This document shows, piece after piece, positions 27,500 to 36,347 of a DNA stretch of 64,000 nucleotides. A program made the position numbers and the translations under genes. The notes beneath the pieces are model-generated. The model saw only the letters and a list, made by a program, of their open reading frames with translations, had not been told where the DNA came from and ran no database searches. Numbering within the stretch: position 1 is the first letter of the stretch; every line of letters starts with the position of its first letter. Source of the DNA: an uncultured Methylococcales bacterium (GTDB lineage Bacteria; Pseudomonadota; Gammaproteobacteria; Methylococcales; Methylomonadaceae); contig CAIUVX010000113.1 of assembly GCA_903902705.1 (NCBI GenBank), positions 1,736 to 65,735 of the forward strand. The letters run 5' to 3'.

Positions 27500-29110
27500 C
27501 TATAAATCATTGCCCGAATACGAGCCATTCAGGGATTTGTTACACACGGGAAAATCAGGAACTATATTATTAAGTGCCAGTTTTTCTAATGCAGGCCAGT
27601 TTAAAATACTGGGATCACGCGGATAAAAACGGGCGATTTTATTATCTGCTGCAAAACGTATGTATGAAATAATTTCACCGCGAAAACCATCAACGATTCC
27701 CAAGCCTTCGCTATCTATTGCAGGGGTTTTCCACGTCGTTGTGATTTCACCTTCTGGCAACAATTGAATAAAGCGTTCGATAAGTTTTAATGAGGCATTA
27801 ATTTCTTTATGCCTTACCCAAAACCGTGACGCAATATCGCCTTGGTCTTCAAGTGCGACTTTAAAGCTGACTTGATCGTAAGGCGCGTAAGCTGCGTCAC
27901 GGCGTACATCAAAATCTTGTCCGCTGGCACGTCCCACATAACCGACTGTACCAAATGCTGCCGCTATCTCAGGCGATAAATAACCCGCTGTATATAATCT
28001 GTCTTCTAAAGAGGAGTTAAGGTCTACGGCAAGCATGATTTCTGCTAGTTCTTCTCTGATTTGAATAATGTCTTTTTTGAGCAATTCACAAGACAGTTGC
28101 GATACATCACAACTCACACCCGCAGGAATAACAACATCCATCAACAACCGATGCCCAAACACACTGGCATTGGTACGCAACCACAACTCGCGCAAACGGG
28201 TGAACTGCATTTGCGCAAAAGTAAACGCCACGTCATTACAAATCGCGCCCATATCACCGAGATGATTAGCGATACGTTCACGTTCTGCCACGATGCCGCG
28301 TATCAAATTGGCGCGTGCGGGTACGACAATGTCAGCCGCTTGTTCCATTGCCTGACACGCTGCCCAACAATGCCCCACTGTGCTGTCACCTGAAACCCGT
28401 CCTGCTAAACGTGCTAAGGATTCTGGCGTTCTACCCTCGGCAATTTTTTCGATACCTTTATGCACATAACCTAAGCGTTCTTCAAGATTCAAAATCAACT
28501 CTCCCACCGCTAGAAAACGAAAATGGCCTGGTTCAATAATGCCCGCATGAACGGGCCCGACGGGGATTTCATACACACCTGCACCGTGACCTTTGATAAA
28601 GTCATAGTGCATATCGGGCGGTGTAATATCGGCGGGTGAGCCTTGTGCTGGAAAATCTTTGCGCAAGGGGTATTGGTGTTTGTCCCACGCCTGATGACGT
28701 GTCCAGCGGCGATTATCAGGATGTCCGATAAATTTTATACCGAACATATCTTGGGTGTGGCGTTCACTACGATTTGCCGCTGGATAAACCGTGGCTTGCG
28801 TAGGCAGTTCGAGTTTTGTACCATTAATTAGGGTACGCAATACGATATAAACGCCGTGTTTTTCAAAACAGGCGTTAACCATAAACTGTTCATTCGCTTG
28901 TTCTGCCCAACCTGCCACCCAGCGCAATTTTTCTGCAACCGCAGTGATAGCGAAATGTTGCCAATGTTTATCTGCAATTTGCCATACAGCGACGTTATTT
29001 AGGGGCGAATGGTGGACAATACCTCCGATATAATCACCAATCGGTTTGTCTGGCATTTCTGGATCTATCCAGCCAACGTGTTGAGTTAAAAATGTGGTTG
29101 TCCAGTTCAT
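27500..29110 (-). CDS. Fused NuoC-NuoD / HycE-HyfG-like large subunit that appears to lack the NiFe cysteine ligands (Ehr/MBX-like)
   Basis: 536 aa. GPVHAGIIEPGHFRF and RLGYVHKGIEK motifs. RVSGDS (28382..28399) sits where hydrogenases have R.CG.C. The C-terminus DFPVCNKSLNGSYSGNDL (SYSG at 27512..27523) sits where they have DPC..C. Confidence 0.8.
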   Translation of the reverse strand: MNWTTTFLTQHVGWIDPEMPDKPIGDYIGGIVHHSPLNNVAVWQIADKHWQHFAITAVAEKLRWVAGWAEQANEQFMVNACFEKHGVYIVLRTLINGTKLELPTQATVYPAANRSERHTQDMFGIKFIGHPDNRRWTRHQAWDKHQYPLRKDFPAQGSPADITPPDMHYDFIKGHGAGVYEIPVGPVHAGIIEPGHFRFLAVGELILNLEERLGYVHKGIEKIAEGRTPESLARLAGRVSGDSTVGHCWAACQAMEQAADIVVPARANLIRGIVAERERIANHLGDMGAICNDVAFTFAQMQFTRLRELWLRTNASVFGHRLLMDVVIPAGVSCDVSQLSCELLKKDIIQIREELAEIMLAVDLNSSLEDRLYTAGYLSPEIAAAFGTVGYVGRASGQDFDVRRDAAYAPYDQVSFKVALEDQGDIASRFWVRHKEINASLKLIERFIQLLPEGEITTTWKTPAIDSEGLGIVDGFRGEIISYIRFAADNKIARFYPRDPSILNWPALEKLALNNIVPDFPVCNKSLNGSYSGNDL

Positions 29111-30570
29111 AACGGACTACTCCCTGAAATTAAAAAGGTCGCTTGTGAAAACCAATGCGCCAAAAAGCCTGGAATGGCTAAACCTAGCCATAACACTAAG
29201 GCTAAATGAATTATCACAGGTAATAAGTTGGCTTTAACAGGCTGTTGACCTTCGGGTTTTTCACCGTACACCATGGGTTGTATGTGACGAAATAAGCCCG
29301 CAAAAGCAATACCGATACCGAGTAATAACGGCAAAGTCAGCCACGGATAACTGTGCATAGTCGCCAGTAATACTAAAAATTCACTGGTGAATACGCCAAA
29401 CGGAGGGAAGCCTGCAATAGAAATCGTGCCAATTAATAAGCCCCAGCCGATTTTGGGTTGGGTTTTAATCAGTCCGCGTATTTTGTCCATGCGTTGTGTG
29501 CCTGCGACTTGGGTAGCATGACCGACGGTGACAAAAATTGCCGATTTGGTGAGTGAATGGACAGTCATGTGTAGCAAAGCGGCAAAAGTAGCCAACGCGC
29601 CACCGACACCAAACGCAAAAGTCATTAAACCCATGTGTTCAATAGAGGAGTAACTGAACAAGCGTTTAATGTCTTTTTGTCTGTGTAAAAATAACGCACC
29701 GACTAAAAATGACAACAAACCAAAGCCCATCATTAAATGTCCCGCCATATCGGAATGGGTCGCGCCATCGACTAACATTTTGTTACGCACTACTGCGTAT
29801 AAAGCATCATTCAATAACAAGCCTGATAAAACCGCCGACATTGGTGTTGGTCCTTCGGAATGCGCATCGGGTAGCCAGTTGTGCAACGGTACTAAACCAA
29901 TTTTCGTACCGTAACCAATCAGCATAAATACAAAGGCAATTTGCAATACTTCGGGATTTAATTGACTGGCGTGTTGAAACAGTTCTGACCACAACAGCGC
30001 GTTTTCGCCGTCACCAATTTGCACCGCCGCGTAATACAATAAAATTGTGCCGAACAGAGCTTGAGCAATACCGACACCACACAGTATGAAATATTTCCAC
30101 GCGGCTTCGATAGATTCAGGGGTGCGGTATAAACTCACCAACAAGACCGTTGCCAGTGTTGCCGCTTCCATACCAACCCACATCACGCCCATGTTATTGG
30201 TGGTCAATACCAAATACATCGCCAACATGAAGCCTTGATACATTGAGTAGTACAGCTTCAAGCGTTTATCAGTGAGTTTGCCCAGTTCTTTTTCATGCGC
30301 CATGTAGGGATTGGAAAAGATAGATGTGGTCAAGCCAACAAACGCGGTCAAGACAATCAAGTAGACATTAAATGAATCAATCAAAAACGCTTTATCAGCC
30401 GATAAAATCGTACCGTTATTAAGTACGTTAATGGCTAACCATATCGTGGCAAATAAACTAACACTATTAAACCAAACATTTATTTTTCCTATTTCGGCTT
30501 TATGTCCTGATAAGGCAAAAAACACGATGCCAACAAAGGCAATGGATAACAACAAATAGACGGGGATCAT
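29107..30570 (-). CDS. HyfF/NuoM/NuoN-like proton-conducting antiporter-type membrane subunit
   Basis: 487 aa polytopic membrane protein. WLPDAH..GPTP.SA.LSG motif of the Mrp/NuoLMN family. 4-nt overlaps with both neighbours. Confidence 0.85.
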   Translation of the reverse strand: MIPVYLLLSIAFVGIVFFALSGHKAEIGKINVWFNSVSLFATIWLAINVLNNGTILSADKAFLIDSFNVYLIVLTAFVGLTTSIFSNPYMAHEKELGKLTDKRLKLYYSMYQGFMLAMYLVLTTNNMGVMWVGMEAATLATVLLVSLYRTPESIEAAWKYFILCGVGIAQALFGTILLYYAAVQIGDGENALLWSELFQHASQLNPEVLQIAFVFMLIGYGTKIGLVPLHNWLPDAHSEGPTPMSAVLSGLLLNDALYAVVRNKMLVDGATHSDMAGHLMMGFGLLSFLVGALFLHRQKDIKRLFSYSSIEHMGLMTFAFGVGGALATFAALLHMTVHSLTKSAIFVTVGHATQVAGTQRMDKIRGLIKTQPKIGWGLLIGTISIAGFPPFGVFTSEFLVLLATMHSYPWLTLPLLLGIGIAFAGLFRHIQPMVYGEKPEGQQPVKANLLPVIIHLALVLWLGLAIPGFLAHWFSQATFLISGSSPL

Positions 30571-31244
30571 TTGTCCACCTCATTTAATTTATTCATTAAA
30601 TCCACATCCAAAGAATCAATGCTAGAGCGAATATGAAAGAAGAAAATACCGAACAATACGGCGGCGACTAATACGTCAAAGGCAATACCCAGTTCGACCA
30701 CCATCGGCATTCCTTTCGTGGCAACAATGGCGGCAAAAAATAAGCCGTTTTCGATGGACATAAAACCGACAACGTGAGCAATGGCTTGTTTATGAGAAAT
30801 CATTAATAGCATTCCTAATAACACCACCGACAAACTCACCGCCAAGGCGTTCAGCATCACGGGTGAAGTGGTTTGGACGATAGGATGTAAAACGTAATAA
30901 CTAAACACCATTAAACTTGCACCGCCTAACATAATGGCGGTTTGATTACCTAAGGCTTCCACATCACGGTGCAGGTTGGATTTTAAGACTTCGTTGCGTA
31001 GCATCCACGGAATAAAAATCACTTTTAGCGCGAGCGTTAATACCGCTGAAATGTATAAATGATGATTGTCTAAACTGTACGCGGCGACAGCCGTGGTCAG
31101 TGTCAATAACAAACCCTGTATCGCAAATACAAAAATCAAGCGTAATAAACGACCTTGCCCTAACATCAAAAAAGAGGTTAATCCCACTAATGCCGCCATT
31201 GATAAAATGATTTGCGTATACAAATCTTGCGATTCAATATTCAT
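30567..31244 (-). CDS. HyfE-like small membrane subunit
   Basis: 225 aa from the ATG at 31244 (MNIESQDLYTQIIL...), which forms an ATGA overlap with the upstream gene. The 302-aa version in the ORF track runs through the preceding gene. Confidence 0.75.
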   Translation of the reverse strand: MNIESQDLYTQIILSMAALVGLTSFLMLGQGRLLRLIFVFAIQGLLLTLTTAVAAYSLDNHHLYISAVLTLALKVIFIPWMLRNEVLKSNLHRDVEALGNQTAIMLGGASLMVFSYYVLHPIVQTTSPVMLNALAVSLSVVLLGMLLMISHKQAIAHVVGFMSIENGLFFAAIVATKGMPMVVELGIAFDVLVAAVLFGIFFFHIRSSIDSLDVDLMNKLNEVDK

Positions 31245-32185
31245 CGTGAAGCCTCCAAAATGATGTGACTCAACATACCCAGCAAGCCCAGTAAATAAGC
31301 AAAACCTAGGTACTCTTGCACTCTGAATAAGCGCATTTTTGCAACTAGCGTTTCTGCGATGCCCAAAATAATGGATAACACCATCAGTTTGCCGATAATT
31401 GCCAGTAGCCCATAGCCCAAATCGTGTAGCGAGAAGGTTTGCGCTATACCCCACGGAAAAAAGATATTGGCACACAACACCCCATAGAGCATTAATTTAA
31501 GCTGACTAGCCCATTCAATTAACGCTAAATGCCGTCCGCTGTATTCCAGAATCATAGCTTCATGAATCATAGTCAGCTCTAAATGGGTGGTCGGATTATC
31601 CACAGGAATACGCCCTGTTTCTGCCACTGCCACCAAAATTAACGCGAATAAAGCGAATACAAACGAGGGACGTAATACCAGCCCCTGTTCTAATACATGG
31701 CTAATTGCCAACGATAAATTAGTGGTTGAAGCGGTCATGGTTAACGTAAAAATAGCCATTAACATCGCGGGTTCGGCTAACGAGGAAATAGTCATTTCTC
31801 TCGATGAACCCATGCCACCAAATGCTGTACCCACATCGAGTCCTGCTAATGCCAGAAAAAACCGTGCAAACGCAAAAAAACCCACCATCACAATCACATC
31901 CGCGCTTGCAGAGGTGGGTAGATCAACAGCGATCAACGGAACGACTGTGGCGGCCAATACGGTCGCCGAAAAAATAATATAGGGTGCTTTTATGAATAAC
32001 CACGAAGCTTGTTCAGAAACAACAGGCTGTTTATTGGTTAATTTTAGTAAATCCCGATACGGCTGTAACAGCGATGGAGGTTGTCGGTTTTGTAGATAAC
32101 ATTTACAGACTTTTAACCAACCTGCCAATAAGGGGGCTAAAGCAACAAACAAGGTAGTTTGTAATATAGCGATTAACCAGTTCAT
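31241..32185 (-). CDS. HyfC/HycD/NuoH-like membrane subunit
   Basis: 314 aa, polytopic. GR.PVDNP..H.ELTM.HE motif characteristic of HycD/NuoH. Confidence 0.85.
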   Translation of the reverse strand: MNWLIAILQTTLFVALAPLLAGWLKVCKCYLQNRQPPSLLQPYRDLLKLTNKQPVVSEQASWLFIKAPYIIFSATVLAATVVPLIAVDLPTSASADVIVMVGFFAFARFFLALAGLDVGTAFGGMGSSREMTISSLAEPAMLMAIFTLTMTASTTNLSLAISHVLEQGLVLRPSFVFALFALILVAVAETGRIPVDNPTTHLELTMIHEAMILEYSGRHLALIEWASQLKLMLYGVLCANIFFPWGIAQTFSLHDLGYGLLAIIGKLMVLSIILGIAETLVAKMRLFRVQEYLGFAYLLGLLGMLSHIILEASR

Positions 32186-32222
32186 GCTATTTCTCCAGTA
32201 GGCGCGAATTCATTCGCATTTT

Positions 32223-32251
32223 CTCGTTCCCACGCGCTGCGTGGGAACGAG
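32223..32251. repeat. Hairpin repeat CTCGTTCCCACGCGCTGCGTGGGAACGAG, inside the hyf-like operon between the HyfB-like and HyfC-like genes
   Basis: 11-12-bp stem read from the sequence. It belongs to the TCGTTCC(C/A)ACGC...GCGT(G/T)GGAACGA family seen at about 10 loci in the window. Confidence 0.8.
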
Positions 32252-32290
32252 TGAATGACAGGCAGTCCTTTATACTTAGTAATCTATTCA

Positions 32291-34396
32291 TCAGCTAATC
32301 ACCCACAACAACACCAACAAAGTGACAAACGAGTAGCCTAAATAAGTTCGGATATTGCCCGTTTGAATGCGCCCAACCTGTTTGGATAAGTTATTTACGC
32401 CACGCTCTAAAGGTTGATAGACCCACGGCCAACTATGATCTTGAATATGTAAGGCATAATGCACCGCAGCCACATCTTGATCCATAGCACCCTGCATGTC
32501 TTTATTGACTTGTTCATCAATAATCCATGCTTTGGCAAAAATGCGCCGAAACGGCATAGTGAAGGCACTAGAGGTGTACTGCATACGCGGCGTTAAACCG
32601 CCAAAGCCACAATCCCACGTTTCTCCAATACGAATGGCTTTATCTGGGTCACGGCGTAAATACCAATAACACACGCAACCCGCTATCAACGCGCCGATTA
32701 ACACCAACGGTGGTGAATAAGACGCTTGTTCAGGGGCAACAGGAGCAAGCCATAGCCAACTTAATCCGTTGTTATTCGCCAAAGTTTGATTCAATAACTG
32801 CCCTGTCACGCGATTAATTAAGCGAATAATTACACTGGGAAAAATACCGACTAAAAAGCACATTCCCGCTAATAAAGTCGTTGCCGCTATCATGCCTTTA
32901 TCTTTCACTTCATGAGCTTTTTCACTATGACGTGAACGAGGTACACCCAAAAACGTTAACCCAAACACTTTGACAAAACACGCTGCGGCTAAGGCGGCGG
33001 TTAATGCCAATGCAGCCGCAGACACAGGAATCAAACTGCGTAACACGCCGTTATCCAAGACATCCACTTGCAATGCGGTTTGAAACGCCAACCATTCAGA
33101 GACAAAACCGTTAAACAACGGCAAAGAAGAAATACTCATACAGCCGACTAAAAACACCATGCTGGTTTGCGGCATTTTTTTAATTAAACCGCCCAACATA
33201 TCGATGTTCAGTTCGTGGGTTTGCTGGTGAATCATACCTGCACCCAAAAACAACAAGTTCTTGAATAATGCGTGGTTGAAAGCATGAAACAACGCAGCTA
33301 AAAACCCCAATGCGGCTAATTCTGGGTGTCCGTTATCGAGAAAAATCATAGCCAAACCCAGCACCATAAAAATAATGCCAATGTTTTCGACTGAACTATA
33401 CGCCAACAAACGTTTTAAATTCGGCTGCATCATGGCGTATAAAATTCCGCCTAAGGCTGAGATTGTACCGATGACTAGTAACACCACGCCCCATTGCCAC
33501 TGAATTTTATCCAGCAAATCAAAGCTAAAACGTATTAAGCCATATATGGCAACTTTCAACATCACGCCACTCATCAGCGCGGAAATATGCGACGGTGCGA
33601 CAGGATGAGCTTCAGGCAACCAGACATGAATCGGCACTATACCTGCTTTCATGCCAAAGCCTAACACCGCTAAACCAAAGGCGATACTTGCCCAAGTAGT
33701 TGATAACTGCGCGTGCCGCAAGGCATCAAAGGTAAAGCCATCCGAAAAACTTGCCAACACGCCAAAGGCTAAAATAATGGCTAACGCGCCGACTTCTGCC
33801 ATCAATAAATATAAGAATGCCGCTCTACGATTAGCAGAGTTTTCATGTTGAAACGCTACCAAAAAGTAACTGGCAACTGACATTAATTCCCACGCAATCA
33901 TAAACACAAAAGCATCATCAGCGAGTAACACCAACAACATTCCTGTGACAAATAAGCCTGTAAACAAACCCAGTACCGCAAAGGGATGGTCTTTTTCTTT
34001 GTAATGATGCACATAACCTGGCCCGTATAAACTAACCGCGCCGACGGCAATGCCGATGATTAAAAAGAAAAATCCCGACAATGCGTCAAAACGAATATGC
34101 CAAGGCAACCACGGCAAACCTAAACCGATTTGGTCAGTCACTACCGTGTTGCTTATTAGCACGCTTAAGCCCGCTAATACCGCAAATCCGCCTGACAATC
34201 CCAATGCTATAAATACCACTTGCCGTAAAAAATTAGGATAGTGATGTTCTTCCAAACAATGATCTATAAATGCAGAAGGGGTTTTTAAAAACCTGTGTTG
34301 CAGTGCTAACAGGAACTGCTGTTGATTACTTAGCAAGGCTAACAAACCAGAAGTAAAACTGAATAGCACAGCACAATAAGCTAATAATAGAATCAT
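32291..34396 (-). CDS. HyfB/NuoL/MrpA-like antiporter-type membrane subunit
   Basis: 701 aa polytopic protein. WLPEAHP.APS..SALMSG and LLAYSS.EN.G motifs. Confidence 0.85.
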   Translation of the reverse strand: MILLLAYCAVLFSFTSGLLALLSNQQQFLLALQHRFLKTPSAFIDHCLEEHHYPNFLRQVVFIALGLSGGFAVLAGLSVLISNTVVTDQIGLGLPWLPWHIRFDALSGFFFLIIGIAVGAVSLYGPGYVHHYKEKDHPFAVLGLFTGLFVTGMLLVLLADDAFVFMIAWELMSVASYFLVAFQHENSANRRAAFLYLLMAEVGALAIILAFGVLASFSDGFTFDALRHAQLSTTWASIAFGLAVLGFGMKAGIVPIHVWLPEAHPVAPSHISALMSGVMLKVAIYGLIRFSFDLLDKIQWQWGVVLLVIGTISALGGILYAMMQPNLKRLLAYSSVENIGIIFMVLGLAMIFLDNGHPELAALGFLAALFHAFNHALFKNLLFLGAGMIHQQTHELNIDMLGGLIKKMPQTSMVFLVGCMSISSLPLFNGFVSEWLAFQTALQVDVLDNGVLRSLIPVSAAALALTAALAAACFVKVFGLTFLGVPRSRHSEKAHEVKDKGMIAATTLLAGMCFLVGIFPSVIIRLINRVTGQLLNQTLANNNGLSWLWLAPVAPEQASYSPPLVLIGALIAGCVCYWYLRRDPDKAIRIGETWDCGFGGLTPRMQYTSSAFTMPFRRIFAKAWIIDEQVNKDMQGAMDQDVAAVHYALHIQDHSWPWVYQPLERGVNNLSKQVGRIQTGNIRTYLGYSFVTLLVLLWVIS

Positions 34397-34431
34397 AATA
34401 TTCTCTAGTTGGTAACTACAATATTGTCACG

Positions 34432-34460
34432 TCGTTCCCACGCTCTGGCGTGGAAACGAG
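34432..34460. repeat. Hairpin repeat TCGTTCCCACGCTCTGGCGTGGAAACGA between the SulP gene and the HyfB-like gene
   Basis: Same family as 32223..32251. Confidence 0.8.
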
Positions 34461-34466
34461 GAAAAA

Positions 34467-36125
34467 CTAGGCAGTTTGCTTCACGCGCCGTGCCGCCAAA
34501 TGGTGATCTGAAAAAGGCTCGTGATATTCCAAGCCTGAAAACTCACAAACTCCACCTGTGGCTTCATAGTTATGTTGAAAATCATGAAAAAATCCCATGA
34601 CAGAATGGTCTAACAAATAGGCATCATTGAGTTGGAATACGATGGTTTTACCTTTTTCTAAACCTGCCACCGCTTCTTTTAATGCCATTAAATTAGAAAA
34701 CACTGCCGCGCCATCAATATTCACATAAATGACACCAGCATTTTTTTCATTGATTTCAAAGTGCATTTTAAACAGATTGTTGAAAGTAACGCCGTGCATT
34801 AAATGAATAACCAATTCAACCACAATACCGATAGCCACACCCACCAATAAATCGGTAGCAATCACACCGATTGCTGTTACCACAAAAATAAAAAGCTGTT
34901 CTTTACCAATGTGTAAAACGTGAATAAATTCTTTAGGTGCTGCTAAACGAAAGCCTGTAAAAACCAATAATGAAGCCAACGCCGCCAATGGAATACTGTG
35001 TATTAACTGCGGAAATAACACCACGAACAATAACAATAACGCACCATGAAAAAAGTTAGCCCAACTGGTTTTTGCACCATTATTGACATTAGCCGAACTC
35101 CGCACGATTTCCGCAATCATTGGTAAGCCGCCTACACAACCTGCCACTAAATTACCGACACCTACCGCTGTTAAGTCTTTATTCAAATTAGAATGACGTT
35201 TATAAGGGTCTAATTTATCCACTGCCATTGCACTTAATAAACTTTCCAAACTGCCGACTAAACTAATCGCCACCACTGCTTCCCAAAATTCCAGAGTGGC
35301 AAATTTAGAAAAATCAGGAAAGTAAAAGCTAGACATAAAGTTGTCAGCAATAACCACCAAAAACTTTGGACCCACTTCTAACGAATCAGTGTGAGAGTGT
35401 GTGTAATTACCATCGGGTAGCAATAAGTAAATATGTTGGTGTTCCAACTGAAAATAATGCCCCAAACCTATACCAAGTAAGACCACAATCAACGGCGCAG
35501 GAATCATTTTTAACGGGTGCTTATCTTCTATTAGTGACCAAATGATGAGAATAGCGAGTCCTGCAAAACCAATAACCGCTATTTCCAGATTCAAATTAGC
35601 AAAACTTTCTGGAATTTGCGCAATGGTAGAAAACAAACTGCCTTTATCGGGTGTAACACCGAGCATTACATGAATTTGTTTCGCCATGATGATAATGCCG
35701 ATAGCGGCCAACATACCATGCACTACCGAGGTAGGGAAAAATGAACTCAAGCGTCCTGCTTTTAAAACACCCATTAAGATTTGTATCACACTGGCAATAA
35801 CAATCGCAGCCAAGGTGTAACGATAGCCTGCCATTGCATCGCCTTCGCCCAAACCCTGCACGGCATCGTAGACCACGACGATTAAACCCGCCGCAGGACC
35901 ATTAATGGTAATAAATGAACCGCTGATACGCGACACTAACACGCCACCGATAATCGCGGTGATAATACCCGCCGAAGGTGGAAATCCCGAAGCCATTGAA
36001 ATGCCTAAGCACAATGGCAAGGCAATTAAAAATACTAAAAAACCTGACAGCAAATCGCTACGCCAGTTTTCTTTTAAACCTGCTAAACCCGTTTTGGGTA
36101 ACGCTGAAAGAGAAGAGTCACTCAT
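34467..36125 (-). CDS. SulP family inorganic anion transporter with a C-terminal STAS domain
   Basis: 552 aa. N-terminal DLLSG..V....LP..L..A..SG.PP..G motif, many TM segments, and a soluble C-terminal STAS-like domain. Confidence 0.88.
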   Translation of the reverse strand: MSDSSLSALPKTGLAGLKENWRSDLLSGFLVFLIALPLCLGISMASGFPPSAGIITAIIGGVLVSRISGSFITINGPAAGLIVVVYDAVQGLGEGDAMAGYRYTLAAIVIASVIQILMGVLKAGRLSSFFPTSVVHGMLAAIGIIIMAKQIHVMLGVTPDKGSLFSTIAQIPESFANLNLEIAVIGFAGLAILIIWSLIEDKHPLKMIPAPLIVVLLGIGLGHYFQLEHQHIYLLLPDGNYTHSHTDSLEVGPKFLVVIADNFMSSFYFPDFSKFATLEFWEAVVAISLVGSLESLLSAMAVDKLDPYKRHSNLNKDLTAVGVGNLVAGCVGGLPMIAEIVRSSANVNNGAKTSWANFFHGALLLLFVVLFPQLIHSIPLAALASLLVFTGFRLAAPKEFIHVLHIGKEQLFIFVVTAIGVIATDLLVGVAIGIVVELVIHLMHGVTFNNLFKMHFEINEKNAGVIYVNIDGAAVFSNLMALKEAVAGLEKGKTIVFQLNDAYLLDHSVMGFFHDFQHNYEATGGVCEFSGLEYHEPFSDHHLAARRVKQTA

Positions 36126-36262
36126 AATACATTCCCATTTTGAAAAAATTATTTATTTACCTTTAAAAAGCAAAAATTATGCCAAATATTTTAAAAGCTA
36201 TAACATACTGAATAAATGACTATTTTTTGTATAGAAGAAAGCCCTATTAAAATTTAAGGAGC

Positions 36263-36287
36263 AAAACAACCCGTGGGCGGTTGTTTT
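36263..36287 (+). terminator. Orphan terminator-like hairpin AAAACAACC-CGTGGGC-GGTTGTTTT in a divergent intergenic region
   Basis: 9-bp stem ending in a T-run, read from the sequence. No annotated gene ends here. Confidence 0.3.
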
Positions 36288-36347
36288 AAACCAATCGATT
36301 AATTTGATACGACCACCACAATACCTCATGTTCAAAAAAATTCCACT

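Noticed and set aside
30567-31475. 302-aa version of the HyfE-like ORF
   Set aside because: The first 77 codons run out of frame through the 3' end of the HyfC-like gene. The internal ATG at 31244 gives an ATGA overlap and the expected subunit size.
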